In this document: in pieces, positions 10,196 to 19,113 of the stretch
Layout: each line of letters begins with the position of its first letter
How positions within the stretch are numbered: the stretch's first letter is position 1
Assembly (NCBI GenBank): GCA_965223005.1
Contig: CBDCVK010000010.1
Coordinates: 672,001 to 736,000 of the forward strand
Length of the DNA stretch: 64,000 bases
Reading direction: 5' to 3'
Origin: Terriglobia bacterium
GTDB taxonomy: Bacteria > Acidobacteriota > Terriglobia > JAJPHL01 > JAPKYU01
Program-made: the position numbers and the translations under genes
The notes under the pieces: generated by a model
The model's input: only the letters and a program-made list of their open reading frames with translations
Databases searched by the model: none
What the model was told of the DNA's origin: nothing

Positions 10196-10684
10196 ATGCA
10201 CAAGGTAGTTCGAACTTATTTGGAAGCGAGCCTGGATGGCAGTTTGCTGCCCTTGGCCCGGCGGGAGCTGGAGGCCCACCTGGAGGCCTGCCCGAGCTGT
10301 CGTCTGGAGCTGGAGGCGCTTGGCCAAACGCGCCAATGGATGAGGGCGCTGGTGACAAAAGAGCTGGTCGCGCCGGCTCCCGGCTTCTACGCCCGGGTGC
10401 AGGCCCGGGTGGAGGCCGAAAAAAGCCAGATATGGCCCTTCTGGCAGTTGTTTCCCGCATTCACCCAGCAGCTTGGCCTTGCTGTTGTCGCGCTGTTGCT
10501 GTTGCTGAGCACGTATTTTGTCACGCTTAACCAGACCGAGCGCGGCACGGCCATGGCCGAATTGATGCAGGATGCTCCCATCGTTCATGCGGAGACTCCA
10601 GCTCTCACGGCCGATTCTCACGTTAACCGCGAGCGCGTGCTGCTGGCCATCCTGACCCCGGCCGGCCGGCAGCATGGGGAGTAA
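10196..10684 (+). CDS. Zinc-binding (HxxxCxxC) transmembrane anti-sigma factor
   Basis: AHLEACPSC motif, a single TM helix, and position after the ECF gene. Confidence 0.85.
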   Translation: MHKVVRTYLEASLDGSLLPLARRELEAHLEACPSCRLELEALGQTRQWMRALVTKELVAPAPGFYARVQARVEAEKSQIWPFWQLFPAFTQQLGLAVVALLLLLSTYFVTLNQTERGTAMAELMQDAPIVHAETPALTADSHVNRERVLLAILTPAGRQHGE

Positions 10685-10685
10685 G

Positions 10686-11090
10686 ATGTCCAACCGGAGC
10701 CGTGCCATTCTCTACAGCGCCGTTGTCTTCCTCGCGGGCATAGTGGCCGGAGCGCTGCTCATGAATCTGCGGGAGCACCTCTGGCTGCACCCACGGGGGC
10801 ACGTAGTCACCGCAGCCAGTTGGGACCAGGCCGACCGCGCCCACTACATCGAGCAGATCAAGACAGAACTCCAACTCACCGAGACCCAGAGCCGAGAAAT
10901 GGAAGCGATCCTGGATGCTACCCTGCGGCAATACCACGATCTGCACACCTTTTCCCATCACATCCGGGAGGAAGGCATCACCAGCATCCGGGACGTCTTG
11001 GACGAGGAGCAGCGGCACCGCTTTGACGAGATTGTCGGCAAAATGACCTGTCCGCTGGAGGAAAAAGGCGACCACGGGCACTCACCGTAG
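10686..11090 (+). CDS. Membrane-anchored periplasmic helical protein of the ECF cluster
   Basis: N-terminal TM (VFLAGIVAGALL) and LTETQ/LDEEQ repeats resembling Spy/CpxP-type LTxxQ motifs. Confidence 0.7.
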   Translation: MSNRSRAILYSAVVFLAGIVAGALLMNLREHLWLHPRGHVVTAASWDQADRAHYIEQIKTELQLTETQSREMEAILDATLRQYHDLHTFSHHIREEGITSIRDVLDEEQRHRFDEIVGKMTCPLEEKGDHGHSP

Positions 11091-11353
11091 CCTCGCCCTG
11101 CGCCACCCGCCACCAAGGTTTTCCCGCAACTTCTTCTTCCCCGACGAGTCTATCAACCACACCCGGGGGGCAATTTGCTAGGAGCGGATGAGATTCCCGG
11201 CTGGGCGAATTTCGTGTGCGCGTGAGCTTGGCAAACGTCTGGAGACAGTTGGACTAAAGGCGCTTGGTGCTGTTTATGGGGCATCCGCTGGCGCCACTGG
11301 TCCTGTTGGCGACGGGGATGGGTTGTGACCGAGCTGGCCCGATCAGGTCGGGC

Positions 11354-12001
11354 TCAGTGAGCCAGTCGAGGGGCCACCAGTTCCCGCAGGCGCAGCAGCA
11401 CTTGCATACGCTGCGGCCCGTTCAGCAACCCGCTGGACTGCAGGATTTCCTGGAAACAGTCCTCCGCATCCACCGCCGAGGATGGAGCAGCACCGCCGTT
11501 TGCGGGAGGTGTCGAAAAGCTAGGACGGTGCCCATTGCCGTTTCCCCGCGCCAGGCTATGTCCGTTCCCGTTGCCCGAAGACCTTCCATTCGGAGGCGCG
11601 GGAGCCAGCAGTGCTGGAAGGGCAACCTTCAGCGCATCGGCGACCCGTTCCAGGGTGACCAGCCCGGGGATGATGCGGCCATTTTCGATGCGGGAGACAT
11701 AGGTGCGCGGTAGGCGCGCGCCGACCGCAAGCTGCTTCTGGGTCAGCCCGCGAATGCGGCGCCAGCCCCGGACTCCAGCGGCCACGTCAGGCCGCGTGGG
11801 CGCTCGCGGCTCGGGCGGGGCCACGACCGGCACGACCAACGACAAATAGCAGCGACGGCAGCGGTTCAGCGCCGTTAAATACTGCACCATTCGGCAGCGC
11901 GGACACCGTTCCACCGGGCGTTCCTCGCAGGCTGCCGGAGTCGGGGCAAGGTTAGAAATTTGGGCGGGAGCGGGAGTGAGAACAGCTTCGCTTAGGGCCA
12001 A
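11354..12001 (-). CDS. XRE-family HTH regulator with N-terminal zinc ribbon
   Basis: CPRC..CRRC, then RGLTQKQLA..RTYVSRIENG HTH. Start placed at TTG 12001 because a promoter overlaps the longer ORF start. Confidence 0.8.
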   Translation of the reverse strand: MALSEAVLTPAPAQISNLAPTPAACEERPVERCPRCRMVQYLTALNRCRRCYLSLVVPVVAPPEPRAPTRPDVAAGVRGWRRIRGLTQKQLAVGARLPRTYVSRIENGRIIPGLVTLERVADALKVALPALLAPAPPNGRSSGNGNGHSLARGNGNGHRPSFSTPPANGGAAPSSAVDAEDCFQEILQSSGLLNGPQRMQVLLRLRELVAPRLAH

Positions 12002-12033
12002 TCGCTTCGCGCCGAGAAAGATCGCCGGGCACC

Positions 12034-12062
12034 ATTGTGGGGTTCCGATCAAACATTGTCAA
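12034..12062 (-). promoter_or_regulatory. Putative sigma-70 promoter TTGACA-N17-CACAAT
   Basis: Perfect -35, 17-bp spacer and 4/6 -10 match, upstream of the HTH gene. Confidence 0.55.
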
Positions 12063-12286
12063 CAGGTTTTGTATTTTCCGTGTGTACTTTTTGTGTCTCC
12101 CGTCGAGTACCCAACTTCTTCCCTTCCGGGCTATCGCCCCTTTCGGGTTATCGTCAATGGTGTCCTCCTTTCGTTCCGCTGTGATACACCTGCATGCAAA
12201 AGATTCCAAAGCCAAGATCAAAAGGCGGGACTCGGAACTCCGGACTGACACTTTGAAGTTTGGACTTCGGAGCTTAGACTGGGACC

Positions 12287-12889
12287 ATGGATCGCCATTC
12301 GTCCTTTGCCCTGCTTCGCGAGTTCACTCAGAGCGAAAGCTTGATCAAGCACGCCCTAGCGGTGGAGGCCTGCATGCGCGCCTACGCCCGCCACTACGGC
12401 GAAGATGAAACCCGTTGGGGGATTGTCGGCCTGATCCACGACTTCGATTACGAGCGCTATCCGACTCCCGATCAACACCCCACGAAGGGATCCCAGATTC
12501 TGGCCGAGCGCGGCTACCCGGAAGACGTGCGGCGCGCCATCCTGGGCCACGCCAACTACAGCGGCGTGCCGCGCGACACCCGAATGGCCCAGGTGCTCTA
12601 CGCCTGCGACGAGCTGGCCGGCTTCCTCACCGCCGTGGCTTTGGTGAAGCCCGGCAAGAGCATCTTCGAGGTGGAGGCGCGCTCGGTGCGGAAGAAGATG
12701 AAGGACAAAGCGTTCGCGCGCTCGGTCAACCGTGACGACATCACCCGCGGGGCGGCCGAACTCACCGTAGACTTGGACCAGCACATCGGCTTCTGCATCG
12801 AGGCGATGAAAACAGTCGCCGACCAACTTGGCCTGCGCGGAAACCTCTCCAGCGGACAGCCCAACCCGCTACAACCCCGTGAAACCTAG
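12287..12889 (+). CDS. HD-domain (HDIG-type) metal-dependent phosphohydrolase
   Basis: KHALAVE, GLIHDFDYE, ACDELAG and KKMKDKAFAR motifs. Confidence 0.87.
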   Translation: MDRHSSFALLREFTQSESLIKHALAVEACMRAYARHYGEDETRWGIVGLIHDFDYERYPTPDQHPTKGSQILAERGYPEDVRRAILGHANYSGVPRDTRMAQVLYACDELAGFLTAVALVKPGKSIFEVEARSVRKKMKDKAFARSVNRDDITRGAAELTVDLDQHIGFCIEAMKTVADQLGLRGNLSSGQPNPLQPRET

Positions 12890-13100
12890 CGGGTGGCCGA
12901 CCGGCATGGATCAGGTCCAAAACCGGAATGGTAGTGCCAAGTTGGGCTGCCCCGCTGCAAGCCTGTTCCCTAATCCATTGCAGGCAAACCAGAAGAGAAC
13001 GGACTCCACGTTGCAAGGTCCAGTTCGGGGTAGGGGCGTCCCTGAGCTGGGCATTGGGGTTCGCAGACTCAGGGTTGCGCGAACTAGAGCCTAGCAATCC

Positions 13101-14759
13101 TTGCTCTGGCTGTGCTGCGGCGAAGCGCAGTTCCTCGGCCTGAGGGTGAAGCGTGCGAGCGCGCCAATTTCGGAGAGCCTGAAGGCTCTGGAGCAAAAGC
13201 CAGAGGAAGCCGCAGAACAGTTCCGCAGCCTGTTTGAGGAGGCGCCGGTCGCCTACCATCAGACCGACCGCAAGGGAATCGTGCGGCGCGTCAACCGCGC
13301 TGAGTGCGCTCTTCTGGGTCTGAAAGCCGAGGAAATTCTGGGCAAGCCCGTCTGGGAACTGCTGGTTCCTGAGCAACGGGAAAGGAGCCGTGAAGCTGTA
13401 CGCTGGAAGATCTCCGGGAAACAGCGCCTGGTCCCCTTCGAACGCGAGTATCTTCGCCGGGACGGCACCCGGCTAATGCTGGAAATTCATGAGAACTTGA
13501 TTCGCGACACCAACGGGAAGTCTGTGGGCCTCGGCTCGGTCTTGCTGGATATTACCGAGCGCAAGGAACTCGAAGAGCAACTTCGCCAGGCGCAAGAGAT
13601 GGAGACTCTCGGGTTGCTGGCAGGCGGGGCGGCCCACGACTTCAATAACGCGATGCTCGCCGTTCTGGCCTGGACGGAGCTGGCCTTGCAGAAAACAACT
13701 GCAGACCCTCCGCGCAGGCACTTCGAAAAGATTCAGGAGCAAGCCCAGCACGCGGCGGGCCTGAGCCGGCAGTTGCTTGCCTTCGCCAACCATCGGGTTT
13801 TGGAACCGTACCGGACGAACCTGAACCAGACCGTGACTCGTGTGATCGGGCTGCTGGAAAACTCCCTCGGCCAAGGAGTCCAAGTGGAAACCGGGCTGGC
13901 GCCGAATCTGGAGCACACCTGGGCCGTGCCGGCCGAGATGGAGCAGGTGCTGATCAACTTGTGCCTCAATGCCCGCGATGCGATGCCCGACGGCGGCCGA
14001 CTAGCGATCGAAACCCGCAATGTGGACCTTGCTGGGGACGAGGCCCGGCGACACGCCGAAACCCGGCCGGGTCGCTACGTCATGCTGGCTGTTTCCGATA
14101 CTGGGACGGGCATGGACGACTCCACGACGAGACGCATGTTCGAGCCGTTCTTCACCAGCAAACAAGCGGGCCAGGCCAGCGGCCTAGGCCTGGCTGTCGT
14201 CCACAGGATTGTCAAGCAACACGGCGGGTTCATCGATACCCAGAGCGAGCCGAAACGGGGCACCCGCGTCCGCATCTACCTCCCGGGGGCCGGGGCTGCC
14301 CCCAGCAAACGGGAAAGGAAAGCGGAAGTCGGACCGCCGGGCGGCGGTACGGAAACCATTCTGGTGGCTGAGGATCACGAGGCGGCCCGTGAGGTGGCAC
14401 GGGAGACGCTGGCCAGTCTGGGGTATCAGGTGCTGTTGGCCAGTGACGGACAGGAAGCGGTTCGGTTGGCGCAGGCCCAGCACGCAAGCATCAGCTTGGT
14501 CGTCCTGGACGTGCTGCTGCCCAGACTCAGCGGGCCTGGCGCTTACGCTCGCATGTGTGCGCTGAAGCCTCGCCTGCCAGTCATCTTCACCACCGGCGGG
14601 AGCACCCAGATCGCGCTGCCCGGCCGCATGATGGAGCAAGGCGCCGCAGTTCTGGAAAAGCCTTATAGCACCGAGACGCTGGGACGCAAGGTACGTGAGC
14701 TGCTGGATCGCGCCCGCGGTCCAACAGCTTCAGCGGCCACTTTGCGACGTCGCCGTTGA
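13101..14759 (+). CDS. PAS-domain hybrid sensor histidine kinase/receiver
   Basis: PAS domain, AHDFNN H-box, NLCLNARDAM, SDTGTGM, FEPFFTSK and GLGL boxes, plus C-terminal REC (AEDHE..LDV..KPY). Start uncertain. Confidence 0.9.
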   Translation: MLWLCCGEAQFLGLRVKRASAPISESLKALEQKPEEAAEQFRSLFEEAPVAYHQTDRKGIVRRVNRAECALLGLKAEEILGKPVWELLVPEQRERSREAVRWKISGKQRLVPFEREYLRRDGTRLMLEIHENLIRDTNGKSVGLGSVLLDITERKELEEQLRQAQEMETLGLLAGGAAHDFNNAMLAVLAWTELALQKTTADPPRRHFEKIQEQAQHAAGLSRQLLAFANHRVLEPYRTNLNQTVTRVIGLLENSLGQGVQVETGLAPNLEHTWAVPAEMEQVLINLCLNARDAMPDGGRLAIETRNVDLAGDEARRHAETRPGRYVMLAVSDTGTGMDDSTTRRMFEPFFTSKQAGQASGLGLAVVHRIVKQHGGFIDTQSEPKRGTRVRIYLPGAGAAPSKRERKAEVGPPGGGTETILVAEDHEAAREVARETLASLGYQVLLASDGQEAVRLAQAQHASISLVVLDVLLPRLSGPGAYARMCALKPRLPVIFTTGGSTQIALPGRMMEQGAAVLEKPYSTETLGRKVRELLDRARGPTASAATLRRRR

Positions 14760-14810
14760 GCGCTCCCAAAGTCGTACATTGCCGAGGCTTGTTGAGTTCC
14801 ACCGTTCCAA

Positions 14811-15356
14811 ATGAATACCCCGGTTCAAGAACAAACTAACGCCCCCGCACTAAAGGCCGACCGCCGCAGTTCCGAGCGTCGCGTTTATCATCGCTTCGAG
14901 TGGTCCACGACGGCCAACATCAGTGACCTGAGTGGCGGTCCACCAGCCCAAGCGCGCCTGGCCGACATTGGTTTGGGCGGTTGCTATCTTGACATGTTGG
15001 CACCGAGCCCCCTGAACTCCCGGGTTCACGTCAGCCTCGAAATTGAAAAGGAACGCTTCGAGGCGACCGCCGAGGTGAAGTTCTCCGCGCCTCGCATGGG
15101 GATGGGTCTGCAATTCATCTCCATGAGCGATCGCGGCCGCGCCCTGCTGGAAAAGCTGCTGAGGCGCCTTTCGGGACAGGCTTTGGGCAAGCTAGCAGGC
15201 CCGACCTACGAGAGCATGGTGCAGAGCATGGTTCAATTGGTCAATACGCTTCTTCAAGTTTTGGAGCAGAAAGGGATCACCTCTAAAGCAGAAATCGAGA
15301 ACATGATTTTGGCGCGAAATCGGGACCGCAAAAGGGATGCGAAACCCACAGAATAG
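14811..15356 (+). CDS. PilZ-domain protein
   Basis: ERRVYHR (RxxxR), DIGLGG (DxSxxG-like) and GMGLQF motifs. Confidence 0.82.
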   Translation: MNTPVQEQTNAPALKADRRSSERRVYHRFEWSTTANISDLSGGPPAQARLADIGLGGCYLDMLAPSPLNSRVHVSLEIEKERFEATAEVKFSAPRMGMGLQFISMSDRGRALLEKLLRRLSGQALGKLAGPTYESMVQSMVQLVNTLLQVLEQKGITSKAEIENMILARNRDRKRDAKPTE

Positions 15357-15548
15357 TTCCACGCCGGGTTACGGCTATTTTCCTTGTCAGCCAGCCGAGG
15401 TAAAAACCGCAGGGCACTCGGACCTTGACGCCAACGGTCTGCCGGTGTATGAGAATCACTTGGTGCTGTGCACGCGAGGAAGCCCATGGCATGAATTGTC
15501 ATGCGGTGAGACACAGGAAGTTAACCATATGACGGAGAAGGAAAACCC

Positions 15549-16565
15549 ATGATTCTCGTACCTGGATCTACCGGCAAGACTGTCACGATAGTCTCAATCA
15601 TCCTACTGATCACATTGGCATTGCCCTTGGTTGCCCAAGAGCAAACGGGCTTTCAAGGACCAGAAGGCTTCATCCTGCCGTCCCTCCATCCGGCCGGCAC
15701 AGAACTTGAAACAAAACTGCTAGCACCGGGCGTCTACGCCCTGCTCTCGACCAAACCGCCGGTGGATAACAGTGGGTTCATCGTTGGGGAACGGGGCGTG
15801 CTAGTGATTGATGCCCACATCAATGGGGAGATGGCGAGGAAGATCCAAGCGGCGGTTCGCCGCGTGACCGACAAGCCGATTCTTTACCTGGTTAACACCA
15901 ACTTCCACGGCGACCACACCTTCGGGAACTATGCGTTCCCCGACACCACGCTGGTCGTAGGCCACCGCGAGACGGCCAAGCGTATGCGCGACTTCGAGGA
16001 AGAGAAACAGTTCCTGTTGCCCACTGTAAACAACGATCAGACGCTATACGCCAACGCGCGCTTACGTTTGCCCGATGTGGTCTTTGACGACTACCTGCGG
16101 CTCGACTTGGGAGGCCGCGCGGTGGAGCTCTACCACTTCGGCCATGGCAACACACCCGGCGACACCGTGATCTACGTCCCGGAAGAGCGAATTGCTTGGA
16201 CCGGCAACCTGGTGTTCGGCGAAGGAATGAACCCTTTCTTGGTTGAGGGCAAACCGCGCGCCTACCTGCAAACTATTGCCCGCTTTGCTCAGACGCTCGC
16301 AGTCGAGCGCATCATCCCCGGTCATGGCGCTCCCCCATCCGGTCGAATTCTCGGACGTTACATGAGCTATCTGAACGAACTCCTCCAGTCGGTGCAAGAA
16401 GCCGTCCAGGCCGGGCAAAGCCTTGAGCAAACGCTGGCTGGTCTGCCATTGGGAAAGAAGTACCGTCCACCGCCCGACGCAGGTCTGACAGAATTCGACC
16501 AGTTCCTAGCGGGTTTTCACCTCTGGAACGTGCAGAAGACCTACCTCGAATTCAACCCGCGCTGA
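15549..16565 (+). CDS. Secreted metallo-beta-lactamase-fold hydrolase
   Basis: Signal-peptide-like N-terminus; NSGFIVG, NFHGDH and IIPGHG motifs. Confidence 0.85.
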   Translation: MILVPGSTGKTVTIVSIILLITLALPLVAQEQTGFQGPEGFILPSLHPAGTELETKLLAPGVYALLSTKPPVDNSGFIVGERGVLVIDAHINGEMARKIQAAVRRVTDKPILYLVNTNFHGDHTFGNYAFPDTTLVVGHRETAKRMRDFEEEKQFLLPTVNNDQTLYANARLRLPDVVFDDYLRLDLGGRAVELYHFGHGNTPGDTVIYVPEERIAWTGNLVFGEGMNPFLVEGKPRAYLQTIARFAQTLAVERIIPGHGAPPSGRILGRYMSYLNELLQSVQEAVQAGQSLEQTLAGLPLGKKYRPPPDAGLTEFDQFLAGFHLWNVQKTYLEFNPR

Positions 16566-16604
16566 TTGCCAATGAAGACGACGTGTGCCAGGCTATGAGG
16601 AACC

Positions 16605-17372
16605 ATGCTTCTCGCAAGCGCTCTTGAATACTTGGCGCAACAGATGGTCTTGCCGCCCAGCGACCTGAGCACGAACGTGCAGATGCTCTTGCGCTGGATT
16701 CACTTCCTTGCCGGAATCACCTGGCTCGGACTGCTTTATTTCTTCAATCTGGTCAATGTGGGGTTCATGAAGAAGCTGGACGCGCCGACGCGCAGCAAAG
16801 TGGTCCCGGCGTTGATGCCTTCGGCGCTGTGGTGGTTCCGCTGGACGGGTCTGGTGACGGTGCTGGCGGGCCTGCTCTACTTTATCTTTTACATCCTACT
16901 CACCGAGCCGCCGGAAAATCCGGGCCAGTTTTTCTGGAAGACCTTTATTGTGTGGCTAGTGCTGGTGCTGGTCACTTTTAAAATTGAGTTCTTCTTGCTC
17001 CGTGTTCCGGCGCTGGTTAAGAATGGCTGGTTGTTCGGCGCCATATTCGCGGTGCTGATTTTGATCATGATCCACATGGTTGTGCGGTTCAACACCTATG
17101 AGGGTGCCAGCAACCGGGCCCTTTCGATTGGCGTGGGCGGCGGCATGGGGATGATCATGCTGTTTAACGTGTGGGGCATTATTTGGCCGGCGCAGAAGCG
17201 CATCATCGCCTGGACCCAGGAAAACGCGGAGAAGGGCACGGCTGTTCCCCCGGAGTCGGCCACACTGGCGCGGCGCGTGTTTCTGGTCTCGCGCGCCAAT
17301 GCCTGGCTCTCGATTCCCATGCTGTTCTTCATGGCCGCCGCCAGCCACTATCCGGTTTTCGTTGGCGGCTAA
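16605..17372 (+). CDS. Multi-TM protein resembling the urate hydroxylase PuuD membrane domain
   Basis: RWIHFLAGITWLGLLYFFNLV, ALWWFRW, IMLFNVWGIIWPAQK and SRANAWLSIPMLFFM..SH motifs. No CxxCH cytochrome domain. Confidence 0.72.
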   Translation: MLLASALEYLAQQMVLPPSDLSTNVQMLLRWIHFLAGITWLGLLYFFNLVNVGFMKKLDAPTRSKVVPALMPSALWWFRWTGLVTVLAGLLYFIFYILLTEPPENPGQFFWKTFIVWLVLVLVTFKIEFFLLRVPALVKNGWLFGAIFAVLILIMIHMVVRFNTYEGASNRALSIGVGGGMGMIMLFNVWGIIWPAQKRIIAWTQENAEKGTAVPPESATLARRVFLVSRANAWLSIPMLFFMAAASHYPVFVGG

Positions 17373-17386
17373 GGGCACCCGCAACA

Positions 17387-18021
17387 ATGACGGACCCGAA
17401 ACGGGTGCTGCTGGTAGGACTGATGGCGTGGGTTGTCGCGGCTCCCTGCGATGTTTCTCTGCTGATTGAACCCAAGGAACTCACCCAATCTCTGGACCAG
17501 GTTGGCGTGGTAGATCTGCGTTCGGCCGGGGCGTTCCAAAAGGGCCACATTCCCGGCGCGGCCCACTGCAGGCGGGGCGGTGGAGACCGAAGCGCGCCCC
17601 GTGTCGGCTGGCAGCTTCCAGTCGCGGGCCAACCAAAACCGCATCGCCACCGCCGAGTGGATCCGCCAGCGACTGGAGCTGGAAAAACCCCCGCTGGTGC
17701 TCGATGCGCTCGCCCGAGGAATACGCTGGCGACATAGCGCCTGCAGGGATACGCGGGGGCCACATTCCAGGTGCGGTAAATCTGGGCTGGCGCGAGACCA
17801 TCACCGAGAACGGCCGCTTCAAGACTCCCGAGGAGCTACGCTGCCTGTTGCAGGGGCACGGCCTGGACTTCGACCGCGAGGTGGTCACCTACTGCAACAG
17901 CGGCACGCGCTCCTCCCAGCTTTACTTCGTCCTCCGCCTGCTGGGCCATCCGAAGGTGCGCAACTACGACGGCTCCTGGCTGGACTGGGGCTCCCGCCCC
18001 GAGTTCCCCGTGGAACAGTAG
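17387..18021 (+). pseudogene. Tandem-rhodanese sulfurtransferase pseudogene (internal deletion + frameshift)
   Basis: Three frames are needed: VDLRS..GHIPGAAH (from 17387), AGGAVETE..VLDA (from 17568), RSPEEY..GGHIPGA..YCNSGTRS..YDGSWLDW (to 18021). Confidence 0.85.
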
Positions 18022-18059
18022 TGCCTCCCCCTTGCCGCTCTGGCTTGGTCCTTGCGCCG

Positions 18060-18938
18060 CTAGGCCAGCGCGAATGGCCGAATCGGCGAGCCTGTCCCGC
18101 CCATGATTTTCAGCGGCGAGGCAATGAACAGGAACTCATGGATGCCCGCCGAGTGCAGCGGCTCCAGGTTCAGCGCCTCTATGATGTGAATCCCCTTTTC
18201 CACCAGCAGGTGCACATGGACGGGGAAGTTGCCGGGGGTGACTTCGAATGCCATGGTGTCGGAGCCGGCGGCAAAAATGCCGCTGCCGCTGAGCCAGCGG
18301 GCACCGCTCAAGTCCACGCCCGGAGCGCCTCCGTGACCGACAAATTCCCTCGGCCGGTCCCAGAGCGTGTCCCACCCGGTGCGGATCAGCACCACATCCC
18401 CCGCCTCGACAGCCACCCCAGCCCGAGTCGCTTCCTCCTCCAAGTGAGCGGCAGTGATGGCGTAGGCGGGGGGCAGAATTCCCTCCCGCTCCTTCGCGGC
18501 TTTGTTTGACGCTCCACCTGCCGTCGTTGCGTTCAGAAACACGCCGCGCCGCACGATGGGTACAACCTGATCAATGCCACCCACCGCCAGGCCGCGTTCG
18601 ACCGTCTGGTTCGGCTCAACCTCCGCCCCGCCAAACAGGCGCCCATTCCGCGAGAAATGGCAGAGCGCGTCGATGTGCGTTCCCACGTGGCCTCCCAGGG
18701 TAATGACCTCAGACGCCGAACTGACACCGCCCTCCAGCACGATGTCCCCGTGCCCCTTGGCTAAGCTGAACAAGAACGGCGGGTGCGTCGGCCAATGCGG
18801 CATGCCGATTCTCCACGGCTGCGACAGGTCAATGATGCGCACCTTGCTTCCGGCAACTGCCTGGGCAACTTGGCGGATGAGATCTCGTTCAGGATTCATG
18901 CTCATACTCCTGTCCCTGGTTTTGTCCTGTGCTGTCAT
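18060..18938 (-). CDS. Cyclase/kynurenine formamidase-family metal hydrolase
   Basis: HVGTHIDALCH (HxGTHxDxxxH), GDVVLIRTGW, GIHIIE and GGTGSPIRP motifs. Confidence 0.88.
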   Translation of the reverse strand: MTAQDKTRDRSMSMNPERDLIRQVAQAVAGSKVRIIDLSQPWRIGMPHWPTHPPFLFSLAKGHGDIVLEGGVSSASEVITLGGHVGTHIDALCHFSRNGRLFGGAEVEPNQTVERGLAVGGIDQVVPIVRRGVFLNATTAGGASNKAAKEREGILPPAYAITAAHLEEEATRAGVAVEAGDVVLIRTGWDTLWDRPREFVGHGGAPGVDLSGARWLSGSGIFAAGSDTMAFEVTPGNFPVHVHLLVEKGIHIIEALNLEPLHSAGIHEFLFIASPLKIMGGTGSPIRPFALA

Positions 18939-19113
18939 GTGGTTATATGCCAGAACGGCCCGAAGGGGAAACCGTTTGGGCGGAACAATGTGTCCTTCTG
19001 GGCGTCCTTAGGGGGAACGTTAGGGCATTGTCGCCGCAGACACCTTATCTCATTCTCTCGATTCCCACTTCAAATATGTTGGGTGTAGAATTGTCCCAGT
19101 TGGGAGGGATTCC

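Noticed and set aside
17580-18509. 309-aa ORF as an independent gene
   Set aside because: Only its first ~42 codons belong to the broken rhodanese. The rest is off-frame or antisense to the cyclase gene.
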